Part shown: positions 9,910 through 19,787 of the stretch, piece by piece
Numbering within the stretch: position 1 is the stretch's first letter
Layout of the letters: every line of letters begins with the position of its first letter
Source: Deltaproteobacteria bacterium
Lineage (GTDB): Bacteria > Desulfobacterota > Binatia > UBA1149 > CAYXZP01
Direction: 5' to 3'
Length of the DNA stretch: 64,000 nt
NCBI GenBank assembly: GCA_046583365.1
Contig: JAYGCL010000038.1
Span: forward strand, 9,720 to 73,719
Notes under the pieces: generated by a model
Database searches by the model: none
Seen by the model: only the letters and a program-made list of their open reading frames with translations
What the model was told of the DNA's origin: nothing
Position numbers and translations under genes: made by a program

Positions 9910-10583
9910 GTTCTATTCTTGACGCACTGACAAAAGGTGAGTCTATATCGCCGGCTTCCCCGCCGCCCGAGTCCGGCCACGGTCGCAGCCGTCGCCGACC
10001 GGCAGCGATGGTGGTCGTTGTGGCGGTGGGGCTGTGCGTAGGGGTTGCGGGGGCCCGTATGCTGTCGACAGGTCCTGCGGCTGTGGTTGAAGACCATGAC
10101 GCCGCCGCCGCCGGGATGGCTATCCCGACAAAGCTTGCCCAGGCTTCAAAGAGAAGCCACAGCGGGCCAAAATGGGGAGACCCGAGGGGGGGTGTTGCGG
10201 TTCAGCGCCAGGTGCCCAAGCCGCCGGGAGCCGGCAGTCCAGGTCTGCCCCCGCTTCTTCCCAAAGTACCTATACGGCCCAAGGCCGCCGCCGCTGCTCT
10301 GCCACCGGCCCTGCCCGATGTTGTAGCGCCGGTAAAGAGGGTTACGCCTGCCGATGTTGTAAGCGCTCCACCCGCCGATGCTCCGGCGGTACAGATCCTC
10401 TTTATACAGTGGACCGAGGATCCGGCCTCCCGCATTGCTTCGTTGCGGCTGCAGGGGGGTGCTTTGGCGGTTGTTCATGAAGGTGAGGTTGTCGAGGGCA
10501 TGGCCGTGGCCGGGATTGACCGGGTCGGGGTGCGTTTTACCTGGCGCGGTAAGGTCTTTCTATTGCCCGTCCACCGCTACTGA
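9906..10583 (+). CDS. gspB: GspB/ExeB-like type II secretion assembly protein
   Basis: N-terminus MSSILDALTKGE (GspB signature MSYILDAL...), one TM segment, Pro/Ala-rich linker; ATGA overlap with gspA. Confidence 0.6.
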   Translation: MSSILDALTKGESISPASPPPESGHGRSRRRPAAMVVVVAVGLCVGVAGARMLSTGPAAVVEDHDAAAAGMAIPTKLAQASKRSHSGPKWGDPRGGVAVQRQVPKPPGAGSPGLPPLLPKVPIRPKAAAAALPPALPDVVAPVKRVTPADVVSAPPADAPAVQILFIQWTEDPASRIASLRLQGGALAVVHEGEVVEGMAVAGIDRVGVRFTWRGKVFLLPVHRY

Positions 10584-12025
10584 CGGGGCTCGGAGATATC
10601 CAGATAGCCGAGAGAACGCAGCTCGGCCAGGGTTTCGGGGTCCACGTTCTTACCCCCGGCCGGGTACGGGCGTGCCCGGGACATTGCTTCGATCCAGTCT
10701 TCGACCGCGCCGGTCTCGGCCGCATAGCCGGAGGGGAGGTAGAGGTTGTGGGTCTCGCCGGGGTCGTCGATCAGGTGGTAAGCCTGCCAGGTGGGACCCG
10801 CCGGGGTGGGGATACGAATGACCTTGGTGTGTCCTTGCCGGAGCATACTCCAACGTCCCGCCGGGCCCGCGACACTGAGTCCCGTGTAGCCGGAGTAGCG
10901 GGCCCGCGCCGGTGCGCTGGTGGCGAACAGGGTGCGCTGGGGTCGGGCCGGGCCCGCTCTCAGCCCGGGCAAGGGCTGGCCGTCGAGAGGGTGGCGGCAG
11001 TCCAGGTCCATTTCGAGGCAGAGTGTTGCAAAGACATCGAGCAGGGAAACCGGTGTGGATATACGTTGGGGGCCAACCGTGGGGTGGCGCAGGATGAGAG
11101 GAACGTGCAGGAGCTCTTCGTATAACGTGAAATCGTGGGCGAAGAACAGTCCGTGATCGCCAAGACTCTCGCCGTGGTCTGCCGTCACTACAACGAGGAC
11201 CTTTCTGCTGCCCGTGTCCAGCGCTTCAAGAAGGCGCCCGATCTGGGTATCAACGAAACGGACGGACGCGTCGTAGAGGTCTCTCGTACGTTGTAGTTCG
11301 GATTGGCGGTAACCCCGGGCGCCGAAGTAGATGGCCTGTTTATGGTCACGACCAAGAGAAAAATCTTCAACCACCCGACTGCTCGTACGCCCATCGCCGA
11401 ACAGCGATGCAAACTGAGGCGGCGGCTGGTAGGGCATGTGGGTATCCAGGTAATGAACCCACAGAAAAAATGGAGACTTCGACGGCTTGCCCATAAGCGC
11501 CAGGGCCTGGTCGGTTACCTGTTTGGCGTCGAACCTTCCCTCTCCCAGCCCCAGCGAGTGTTTGCTTATGAAGGTATCAAAGCCTCGGCCGAATCCGCTT
11601 TGTGCGCGCACAAGCCAGGGGTTGGAGACCACCGCCGAGGTGCGGTAACCGCGCCGACGGGCCAACTCGGCCAATGTGGCGACACTGTCGTGGATACGGT
11701 CTTGCGGTGAGTGGTTGATGACGCCGGTTCTGTCGGGGTAAAGGCCGGTCATAAGACCCGCCATCGCAGGCATCGTGAAGGGAGCCGGGCTGATGGCCGT
11801 CTCAAAGACCAGCGACTCACCGGCCAGGCGGTCGAGCACCGGGCTGGTGGGGAGGTGGTAGCCGTAGGTTCCCAGGCGGTCGGCCCTTAAGGTATCGACA
11901 ACGATAAGGAGCAGGGAAGGCCCCGGGGGTGGTAAGAGTGTGAGGACCAGCACTGCGGCCATGAGAAGGCAGGCCGCCAGCCGTGGCAGCGGTTGTCTGG
12001 ATAGAGGTTTTGCCGTCTTTACCAC
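10577..12025 (-). CDS. sulfatase-like hydrolase/transferase (alkaline-phosphatase superfamily), membrane-anchored
   Basis: N-terminal TM then LLLIVVDTLRADRLGTYGY metal-binding block typical of sulfatase/phosphotransferase family. I could not find the canonical C/S-x-P-x-R FGly motif, so it may not be a true sulfatase. GTG start at 12025. Confidence 0.65.
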   Translation of the reverse strand: MVKTAKPLSRQPLPRLAACLLMAAVLVLTLLPPPGPSLLLIVVDTLRADRLGTYGYHLPTSPVLDRLAGESLVFETAISPAPFTMPAMAGLMTGLYPDRTGVINHSPQDRIHDSVATLAELARRRGYRTSAVVSNPWLVRAQSGFGRGFDTFISKHSLGLGEGRFDAKQVTDQALALMGKPSKSPFFLWVHYLDTHMPYQPPPQFASLFGDGRTSSRVVEDFSLGRDHKQAIYFGARGYRQSELQRTRDLYDASVRFVDTQIGRLLEALDTGSRKVLVVVTADHGESLGDHGLFFAHDFTLYEELLHVPLILRHPTVGPQRISTPVSLLDVFATLCLEMDLDCRHPLDGQPLPGLRAGPARPQRTLFATSAPARARYSGYTGLSVAGPAGRWSMLRQGHTKVIRIPTPAGPTWQAYHLIDDPGETHNLYLPSGYAAETGAVEDWIEAMSRARPYPAGGKNVDPETLAELRSLGYLDISEPRQ

Positions 12026-12343
12026 GTTCTTTGTCTGCCCCCCCCCCTATGGGGGCGTGGGTGGGGATGGTTCCAGGCCCCTGCCCCCATAAGGGGGTAC
12101 CGGGGCAAGTTACTGTAATAACAAGAGAAATACGAACAGCGTGGGGAGTCGCCCGACCTTCTGGCCAAGGGATTTCTTGACTAGCCCCACCTGTGTACGT
12201 AGCGTGACAGGACCTTCAACGGTGCTTACAGGATTGTACGGAAGCACTTGTAAGTATTTGGAGTTGCACAGGAAATTTCCTTAAAGCCGTGAAAAAACGG
12301 GATCGGATGCCAGCGTCGCGATGGCTGGTGTCGGGGGTAGTAT

Positions 12344-14242
12344 ATGTCGAAGGACAGCAACAGCAGCATAGAAAAAAGCATTGGCAGTCTCATCGAGCTG
12401 GGCAAGGAGAGGGGCTACGTTACCTACGAGGACATCAACCGTCTGGTTCCTCAGGAAGAGGCGAAGCCCGCCGACCTCAAAGCGGCTTTCAGTATACTCT
12501 CGGACAACGACATCGAAGTGGTCGAGGGTTTTTCCGAAGGGGATGACTCGGCTACCACTACCACCACCACCACCACCAAGGGGCGCTCAGCCCGTGGGGC
12601 TGAGGCCAGTAGCGTGGGGGGGGACGACGATGGTTGGGTCCTTGGTGATGACGGGGGCGATGAAACAGAGGAGAAGAAGGTCCCGGCACAGGCCATTGCG
12701 GCGGTTGTAGAAAAACCGCGCACGCCGGAACGTGAATACGCAGCCGACAGTACCGACCCGGTACGCATGTACCTGCAGGAGATGGGTAGCGTTCCGCTTC
12801 TTTCCCGTGAGGAAGAGGTTACCATTGCCAAGGAGATCGAGAGCGGCCTGTACGAGGTGCGCGACTGCGTTTATTCCTTGCCGGTTGCCTCATACTACGT
12901 GGTAGGACTGGCCGACCGCTTGCGTTGGGGCGAGATAGACACCCGGGTGGTGTTTGGTGATGAGTCGGAGGAAGAGAAGTCCTCGGCTGAACGCGACGAG
13001 AAACGGGTAAAACTCTTTCTCAAAAACGTAAGCACGCTGAAGAGACTTCTCAAGGTTTACGATGCCAACAAACCGGTTCGTTTGGCACCGGTAGAAAATA
13101 ACAAAACGCAGCGCAAAGTGACCGCCCGCGAGCAGAAATTTGCGGTGGTTCAGGAAAAGGTTACCGAACACCTGATTTCCATTAATCTCGGCGAGCGGCA
13201 CATCAACGCCGTTGTCAACAAATTAAAGGAAGCCCGTGAGTTGGCGGCCAGGCACCAACGGGTCAAGCGCAACGCCGAAAAGAGGACGGGGCGTAGTTGC
13301 AAGCAGATTCTGGAGATAGTGAGGCAGCTGTCTTCGGGCTCGGCCAATGCCAAGCGCAAGGTCACCGGCAACCTGCGCATGAGTACCGATGCCGCACAAA
13401 AGCTTGCCCAGAAGATCCGTGAGTCACAACGTGCTCTGCGCGAACTCGAAAAAAGCGTGGGCATGTCGATGGAAGATCTTTCCTACTACATCAGGATTGT
13501 TCGCAAGGGCGAGGCCCGTGCCCAACTCGGCAAGAAGCAGTTGATTGAGGCCAACCTTCGTTTGGTTGTTTCCATTGCCAAGCGTTACACCAACCGCGGG
13601 TTGGGTTTTCTCGATCTGATTCAGGAAGGCAATATCGGTCTCATGCGGGCGGTCGATAAATTCGAGTACCAGCGTGGCTATAAGTTTTCTACGTACGCGA
13701 CGTGGTGGATCAGGCAGTCCGTTAGCCGTGCAATCGCCGACCAGGCGCGCACCATTCGTATTCCGGTTCATATGATTGAAACGATCAACAAGGTGTTGCG
13801 TACCTCCCGTTATCTGGTCCAGCAGCTGGGCCGCGAGCCCGCGCCCGAAGAAATCGCCGAGCAAATGGAAATGCCGAGCGACAAGATCCGCAAGGTCCTG
13901 AAGATCGTCAAGGAGCCAGTGTCCCTGGAGACCCCGATAGGCGACGACGAGGAAAGCTCGCTTGGAGATTTCGTGGAAGATCGTCAGTCGGTTTCGCCTG
14001 CGGATGCCGCGGTGGCTCTAAGCCTCGAACAGCAGACCAAAAAAGTCCTGGCCACGCTGACTCCGAGGGAAGAGCAGATATTGCGTATGAGGTTCGGCAT
14101 CGGAGAAAAGACCGACTATACGCTCGAAGAGGTGGGTCAGAAGTTCGCCGTTACACGTGAGCGAATCCGACAGATCGAAGCGAAAGCGTTGCGTAAGCTT
14201 CGGAACCCGCAACGCGCACGCTCTCTGGAAAATTTCGGATAA
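12344..14242 (+). CDS. rpoD: RNA polymerase sigma-70 factor RpoD
   Basis: Region 1.1 (YVTYEDIN), regions 2-4 ([58 protein letters not shown]); acidic non-conserved insert with poly-Thr. Confidence 0.95.
   Translation: MSKDSNSSIEKSIGSLIELGKERGYVTYEDINRLVPQEEAKPADLKAAFSILSDNDIEVVEGFSEGDDSATTTTTTTTKGRSARGAEASSVGGDDDGWVLGDDGGDETEEKKVPAQAIAAVVEKPRTPEREYAADSTDPVRMYLQEMGSVPLLSREEEVTIAKEIESGLYEVRDCVYSLPVASYYVVGLADRLRWGEIDTRVVFGDESEEEKSSAERDEKRVKLFLKNVSTLKRLLKVYDANKPVRLAPVENNKTQRKVTAREQKFAVVQEKVTEHLISINLGERHINAVVNKLKEARELAARHQRVKRNAEKRTGRSCKQILEIVRQLSSGSANAKRKVTGNLRMSTDAAQKLAQKIRESQRALRELEKSVGMSMEDLSYYIRIVRKGEARAQLGKKQLIEANLRLVVSIAKRYTNRGLGFLDLIQEGNIGLMRAVDKFEYQRGYKFSTYATWWIRQSVSRAIADQARTIRIPVHMIETINKVLRTSRYLVQQLGREPAPEEIAEQMEMPSDKIRKVLKIVKEPVSLETPIGDDEESSLGDFVEDRQSVSPADAAVALSLEQQTKKVLATLTPREEQILRMRFGIGEKTDYTLEEVGQKFAVTRERIRQIEAKALRKLRNPQRARSLENFG
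12554..12577 (+). repeat. (ACC)n trinucleotide repeat encoding Thr8 inside rpoD
   Basis: acc act acc acc acc acc acc acc, in frame with rpoD (12554-12344 is divisible by 3); followed by a G8 run at 12616-12623. Confidence 0.9.
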
Positions 14243-14264
14243 AGACGATAAGGCCGGACCTGAG

Positions 14265-15347
14265 ATGGGACCGGCCAGCAATGATGCCCCGCAGCCCGAG
14301 GGTGCTGCACAGTTGTGGCTCCGCATCCGCTGGGTTGTCATATTCGGAGGCATTGCCCTGGTCGTTGTCTACGCTTTTCTCATTGCCGGCGCCGGTGTCG
14401 GCAAACTTCTAGACACGGTGACGGTGCAGCCTGGCCTGCTGGTCCTGCCGCTCCTGGCCACCTGTTTGAGCTACATTACAATGTCCTTGTCCTACGAGGG
14501 CATTGCCCGTGCCGCGGGCGTTCGCATACGTTCCCGTGATATGTTGCGCATAACCTTCGTGGCCAACACCGCCAACTACGTTTTCCCCACCGGGGGGCTG
14601 AGCGGGTTCGCTCTGCGCATGGTGATGCTTAGAAACAAGGGCGTCAGCGGCGGCAAAGCGGTGCTGATCTCTTTTACTCAAACTATTCTTACTAACCTTA
14701 TGCTCATGGCCTTTGTTGCATATGGGTTGATTTACCTGATGCTCATACATCCGCCAGAGGCTATTGGCGGAGTGGTCGCTTTGGCCGTGGTACTCCTGGC
14801 ACTGGCCCTGTTGTTGGTCGCCTCGGTTCTGATGTTCTACCGCGAGAATCTGCGCCGGCGCTTTCTTGTCGTTTTGCAACGGTTGATCGACCGCGTACTC
14901 AAGCGGCTGGGACGTTACGAACGTTACCAGCGGCGCACCAAGCGTATGTTTGCGCACGTGGACGAAGGCATCGCCTTTCTCGGCAGCCGCCCCCGCGCGA
15001 TGGTGGGCCCGTTGTTGTGGATATTCCTCGATTGGGTTTTCACCATCGGAATCCTCTACGCAGCTTTTTACTCGGTTGGGTATCCGGTGCCGTTCAGCCA
15101 GGTGACCGTCGGGTTCTCGGTTGCAATTGTGGTGTCGGTCATGTCTCTGGTCCCCGGCGGCGTCGGGGTGCTGGAAGGGTCGCTGGCTTTGACTTTCAAG
15201 GGCCTGGGCATTCCCCTGGAGGCCTGTATATTGCCGATCCTTATATTCCGGGCGTGTTTCTACATTATCCCGGCGTTTCTTTCTCTGGTGCTGGCCCGTG
15301 GCGCGTTTGCCCAGGTCAGCGGTGACATGGCCGAGGAACTGTTATGA
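14265..15347 (+). CDS. flippase-like / lysylphosphatidylglycerol-synthase TM-domain family membrane protein
   Basis: About 8 TM helices, Arg-rich cytoplasmic loop (RENLRRRFLVVLQRLIDRVLKRLGRYERYQRR); resemblance to LPG_synthase_TM/UPF0104 proteins by eye. Start set to ATG 14265 just after the rpoD stop. Confidence 0.45.
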   Translation: MGPASNDAPQPEGAAQLWLRIRWVVIFGGIALVVVYAFLIAGAGVGKLLDTVTVQPGLLVLPLLATCLSYITMSLSYEGIARAAGVRIRSRDMLRITFVANTANYVFPTGGLSGFALRMVMLRNKGVSGGKAVLISFTQTILTNLMLMAFVAYGLIYLMLIHPPEAIGGVVALAVVLLALALLLVASVLMFYRENLRRRFLVVLQRLIDRVLKRLGRYERYQRRTKRMFAHVDEGIAFLGSRPRAMVGPLLWIFLDWVFTIGILYAAFYSVGYPVPFSQVTVGFSVAIVVSVMSLVPGGVGVLEGSLALTFKGLGIPLEACILPILIFRACFYIIPAFLSLVLARGAFAQVSGDMAEELL

Positions 15348-15958
15348 TCAAGCTTCGAAACAATTTTATTGCGGGTCTTTTACTCCTGGCCCCGATTGCC
15401 ATTACGGTGAAAATCCTCGCACTGCTGCTGTCTTTTCTCGACGGGGTGTCGCAACCGCTGCTGAGGCTTTACATCGACCGTGAAGTGCCGGGTGTGGGCA
15501 TCGTGCTGACCGTTATTGTCGTATTGGTGGTCGGTTATCTCTCCTCCCGTCTGGTAGGGCAGTCAATAGTCAAGTGGTTTGAGGGGGCGGTCGAGCGCAT
15601 CCCGTTGGTCAGCAGTGTCTATCGCACCGTGCGGCAGGTAATCCGTGGATTCTCCAGCGGTGATCGTATGAGCTTCAAGCGCACCGTCCTCGTGCGCCGG
15701 GGCCGGGAGGGAGAGTTCGCCATAGGCTTTCTCACCGGCGAGTTCTCGGTGGCCTCCGAACAGGGGGAGAGCGCGGTGGCGTCGGTCTACATACCTACCA
15801 ACCACCTCTACCTCGGCGACATCGCCATCCTGCCGGCTCACGACGTTGTATACGTCGACATGACCCTGGAAGAAGGAATATCGGCGGTGTTGTCTTGCGG
15901 CGGTTCGATAACAGGCCAGGTTGCTACCAGTCTGGCGGCGACAGCCGAGCGAACGTGA
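15344..15958 (+). CDS. DUF502-family membrane protein
   Basis: N-terminus MIKLRNNFIAGLLLLAPIAITV and conserved TxxxxGxLxS block typical of DUF502; ATGA overlap with upstream gene. Confidence 0.6.
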   Translation: MIKLRNNFIAGLLLLAPIAITVKILALLLSFLDGVSQPLLRLYIDREVPGVGIVLTVIVVLVVGYLSSRLVGQSIVKWFEGAVERIPLVSSVYRTVRQVIRGFSSGDRMSFKRTVLVRRGREGEFAIGFLTGEFSVASEQGESAVASVYIPTNHLYLGDIAILPAHDVVYVDMTLEEGISAVLSCGGSITGQVATSLAATAERT

Positions 15959-16899
15959 GCGAAGAACGCTTCGCGGGATTCGACGTTGGCGGCCAGGCCG
16001 TCAAGGCCGTGCTCGTTGACCGCCAGGGCTCGCTGTTGGCAACGGCCGAGCATCCTACCGGACCCGATACCAACAGCGATGGCCTGGTCGAGGTACTGGC
16101 CAGGCTCGGACAAAGGCTGGCGGTCCCCCTGTCGTCGGAGTTGATGGTGGGGGTGGGTGTTGCCGGTGTGGTCGGTGCCGATGGTCGCCTGCGGGGAAGC
16201 CCCCACCTTCCACTGTTGCTGGGCCAGCCGCTTGCTGCTCTGCTGGCCGCGGGACTCGGGTGTCGGGTGTTGGTGGAAAACGATGCCAACTGTGCCGCCG
16301 TGGCCGAAGGCTGGGGTGGGGCCGCCGATGGCATCGACGACTATCTGATGGTCACCCTCGGCAGCGGTCTGGGCTCCGGGTTGGTGTTGGGGGGAGAACT
16401 ACGCCGTAGCCGGTCTGGCCACGGTTGCGAACTTGGCCACTCGGTGGTTGTCGAAGGGGGCCGGGTCTGTGCTTGCGGGTCCCGCGGCTGCCTTGAGGCG
16501 TATTTTTCCGAGACCGCAGCACGGTCAATGGTCGCGGAGAGCGCAGGGGAACTGGCCGGGACAATAGAGGAGTTGCGCCGGGACCAGGGGTGGGGGCATG
16601 CCCAGACCCTCTTTGCACTGGCGGCCCGCGACAATCAGGAGGCCGGCCGTATTGCCTCACGTATGCTTGCCGTGCTGGCCAGGGGTCTGGCATCGGCCGT
16701 CAATGTGCTGGACCTGACGACCATTATCATAGGCGGCGGCATAGCGCCGGTGGTGATGGACAGGCTGGATGAGCTTCGCCACAGCATGGAAGGGGCTCTA
16801 TTTGCGCGCAGCGCAGATGAGGTAGCCCTGCTTGGAGCCTCGCGGGGGCCGTGGGCCGGGGCCATAGGGGCGGCGCGCCTGGCTATGTTGGCGCGTTGA
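15955..16899 (+). CDS. ROK-family sugar kinase (glucokinase-like)
   Basis: FDVGGQAVKAVLVD N-terminal ATPase motif, zinc-binding Cys/His cluster (CGHGCELGHSVV...CACGSRGCLE); GTGA overlap with preceding gene. Confidence 0.7.
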   Translation: MSEERFAGFDVGGQAVKAVLVDRQGSLLATAEHPTGPDTNSDGLVEVLARLGQRLAVPLSSELMVGVGVAGVVGADGRLRGSPHLPLLLGQPLAALLAAGLGCRVLVENDANCAAVAEGWGGAADGIDDYLMVTLGSGLGSGLVLGGELRRSRSGHGCELGHSVVVEGGRVCACGSRGCLEAYFSETAARSMVAESAGELAGTIEELRRDQGWGHAQTLFALAARDNQEAGRIASRMLAVLARGLASAVNVLDLTTIIIGGGIAPVVMDRLDELRHSMEGALFARSADEVALLGASRGPWAGAIGAARLAMLAR

Positions 16900-16960
16900 C
16901 TACCTTGGGGGGCTTTTCTATCATCGCCGGGTCCTTGCCCGGCCCCGGCTGGGGGTTTCA

Positions 16961-18073
16961 ATGATAACGCGCAAAAATACCAAGAGAATCTTTGTGGGGT
17001 CTGTGCCCGTGGGGGGCGGTGCACCCATTGCGGTGCAGTCGATGACTACCACCAAGACCGAAGACGTTGAGGCAACGGTTGACGAGATTCAGCGACTGGA
17101 AGAGGCCGGTTGCGAAATCGTACGCGTTGCCGTCCCTCACGAGCGTGATGCATTGGCGCTTGGGCGCATCCGTTCGCGCATTCGCATACCACTGATTGCC
17201 GATGTCCATTTCGACTACCGCATGGCACTCATCTCTCTTGATGAAGGGGTCGATTGTTTGCGCCTCAACCCCGGCAACATCGGTTCACGTGATAGAGTCG
17301 AGACGGTTGCACGCAAGTGCGCCGACCGCTCGGTGCCGATTCGTATCGGTGTAAACGCCGGTTCCCTGGAAAAAGACCTGCTCGACAAGTACGGCTACCC
17401 TACGGCCGAGGGCATGGTCGAGAGTGCTATTCGTCATGTACGAATTCTGGAAGAGGTGGACTTCACCAACATCAAGATATCCATCAAGGCCTCCAGTGTA
17501 CCCCTGATGGTGGAGTCCTACCGCCTGCTTTCTTCGAAAGTGGACTACCCCTTGCACGTGGGCGTTACCGAGGCCGGCATTCCGCCTGCGGGGACCATCA
17601 AGTCGGCCATTGGAATCGGCATGGTATTGGCTGAAGGCATAGGCGACACGATAAGGGTCTCGCTGACGGCCGACTCGGTTGAGGAAGTCACCGCCGGTTA
17701 CGATATTTTGCGCACCCTCGGGATCAGGGCCAAGGGGCCGTTGTTGGTGGCCTGCCCGACCTGCGGACGCATAGAGGTGGATCTTTTCAAGATGGTCGAA
17801 GAGGCCCAGAGGCGCCTGGCTCACCTCAGCGCTCCGATCACCGTGTCCATTCTCGGTTGTGCCGTCAACGGTCCGGGGGAGGCCCGTGAAGCCGATATCG
17901 GTATCGCCGCCGGTAAAAACGGCGGGTTGCTGATTCGTAAAGGAAAAGTGATCGGCAAGTACCCGGAAGGGGAACTTGTCGATCGTTTGGTGGAAGCGGC
18001 CGAGGCGATTGCGGCCGAACAGGAGTGCGAGGATTCTGGTGCTGTACTCACGACTGCACGTTCCCACACTTAA
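16961..18073 (+). CDS. ispG: 4-hydroxy-3-methylbut-2-enyl diphosphate synthase
   Basis: RKNTKRIFVGSVPVGGGAPIAVQSMT N-terminus, CPTCGR and GCAVNGPGE Fe-S cysteine motifs. Confidence 0.9.
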   Translation: MITRKNTKRIFVGSVPVGGGAPIAVQSMTTTKTEDVEATVDEIQRLEEAGCEIVRVAVPHERDALALGRIRSRIRIPLIADVHFDYRMALISLDEGVDCLRLNPGNIGSRDRVETVARKCADRSVPIRIGVNAGSLEKDLLDKYGYPTAEGMVESAIRHVRILEEVDFTNIKISIKASSVPLMVESYRLLSSKVDYPLHVGVTEAGIPPAGTIKSAIGIGMVLAEGIGDTIRVSLTADSVEEVTAGYDILRTLGIRAKGPLLVACPTCGRIEVDLFKMVEEAQRRLAHLSAPITVSILGCAVNGPGEAREADIGIAAGKNGGLLIRKGKVIGKYPEGELVDRLVEAAEAIAAEQECEDSGAVLTTARSHT

Positions 18074-19787
18074 AGAAGACCCTTCCGATGCAGAAGTCGT
18101 GAGCCACCGCCTGTTGGTGCGGGCCGGCTTTCTACGCCAGGTTGCACGCGGCATTTACGATTTTTTGCCTTTTGGATTGCGTACCCTGGCCAAAATCAAG
18201 CGCATCGTTCGCGACGAGTTGGACCGGGCGGGGTGTCAGGAAGTGCTTCTCCCCATAGTGTCTCCGTCGGATCTGTGGCGGGAAAGTGGCCGCTGGGATG
18301 CCTATGGCAAGGAACTGCTGAGGCTCAGAGACCGCCATGACCGCGAATTCTGCCTCGGCCCCACCCACGAAGAAGTAATGACCGATCTGGTACGCCGCGA
18401 CCTGCGCTCCTACCGCGACCTGCCGCTTAACCTCTACCAGATTCAGACCAAGTTCCGTGACGAAGTCAGACCCCGCTTTGGATTGATGCGCGGCCGCGAA
18501 TTCATCATGAAGGACGGCTACTCATTCCACGCCGACTACGACGATTGCCGTCGCGAGTACGACAGTATGTACGAAGCGTACAGCCGGATTTTCAGCCGCT
18601 GTGGTTTGAAGTTCAGGGTGGTGGAAGCCGATACCGGGGCCATTGGCGGAAGCATGTCTCACGAGTTCCAGGTGTTGGCCAACTCCGGTGAGGACACGAT
18701 CATCAGCTGCGACAAATGCCAGTACGCAGCCAACGTGGAAAAAGCCGAGATCGGTGCCGAAGCTGCACAGGATGCGGACCAGGAAGGGATGGCCGAGATA
18801 GAAGAGTTGGCCACGCCCGGCAAGAGCAGCATAGAAGAGGTGTCGGAATTTCTCGGCCTGCCGGCCTCGCGTTTCATAAAGACGCTTTTGTTTGTTGCCG
18901 ACGGCGAGGTGGTCGCCGCACTGATAAGGGGAGACGGACAGCTGAGTGAGGCCAAGCTGAAGACGGCCCTGGGGTGTATGGACCTGAGGCTTGCCGCCGA
19001 CGGTGAAGTCGAGGCGGCCAGCGGGGCCCCGGTTGGGTTTGCCGGCCCCATAGGCCTGGAGGTCAGGGTCATCGCCGACCACCGCCTGCACGGTTGTTCG
19101 GCCATGGTCACCGGGGCCAACAAGGCCGACACTCATATAGGTGGGGTCGAACAGGCCCGCGACTTTGCCCAGGTGGAGTTTGCCGATTTGCGTGTGGCTG
19201 TTGCCGGCGACTCCTGTGCCCGCTGCGATGGGGGCAGGCTTGAGACCAGCCGGGGTATCGAAGTCGGGCAGATATTCTACCTCGGCAAGAAGTATAGCCA
19301 GCCCATGGGGGCCACCTACCTGGACCGCGAAGGTGAAGAAAAGGTGATGGAAATGGGGACCTATGGGATCGGCGTCTCGCGTACCATGGCCGCCGCCGTT
19401 GAACAGAACCACGACGAGCGGGGGATTGTCTGGCCTCTGGCCATTGCTCCTTACGAGGTTGTAATCGTGCCGGTTGCGTTGAAAGACGAACGCACCCGCG
19501 CCGCCGCCGAGGCCTTGCACGGGCATTTGCTGGAGCTTGGTGTTGAGACGGTGCTCGACGACCGTGACGAGAGGGCGGGGGTTAAATTCAACGATGCCGA
19601 CCTCATCGGGTATCCATACAGGGTCACCATCGGTCCCCGTGGCCTGGACAACGGTAGCGTGGAATTAAAGGGCCGGGCGCAAGACAAAGGGCAAGACCTG
19701 CCGCTTGACGATGCCGCCGCAAAAATTGCGGAGTTGGTGGCTGCGGCCCGCAACAACCCTGCCGCCACGGGAACCACGGAGCGATGA
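18039..19787 (+). CDS. proS: proline--tRNA ligase
   Basis: Collinear match by eye to bacterial ProS (LKEDPSDAEVVSHRLL, LPLNLYQIQTKFRDEVRPRFGLMRGREFIMKDGYSFH, GGSMSHEFQ). GTG 18039 chosen because it reproduces the spacing of the E. coli N-terminus; overlaps ispG end. Confidence 0.9.
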   Translation: MLYSRLHVPTLKEDPSDAEVVSHRLLVRAGFLRQVARGIYDFLPFGLRTLAKIKRIVRDELDRAGCQEVLLPIVSPSDLWRESGRWDAYGKELLRLRDRHDREFCLGPTHEEVMTDLVRRDLRSYRDLPLNLYQIQTKFRDEVRPRFGLMRGREFIMKDGYSFHADYDDCRREYDSMYEAYSRIFSRCGLKFRVVEADTGAIGGSMSHEFQVLANSGEDTIISCDKCQYAANVEKAEIGAEAAQDADQEGMAEIEELATPGKSSIEEVSEFLGLPASRFIKTLLFVADGEVVAALIRGDGQLSEAKLKTALGCMDLRLAADGEVEAASGAPVGFAGPIGLEVRVIADHRLHGCSAMVTGANKADTHIGGVEQARDFAQVEFADLRVAVAGDSCARCDGGRLETSRGIEVGQIFYLGKKYSQPMGATYLDREGEEKVMEMGTYGIGVSRTMAAAVEQNHDERGIVWPLAIAPYEVVIVPVALKDERTRAAAEALHGHLLELGVETVLDDRDERAGVKFNDADLIGYPYRVTIGPRGLDNGSVELKGRAQDKGQDLPLDDAAAKIAELVAAARNNPAATGTTER

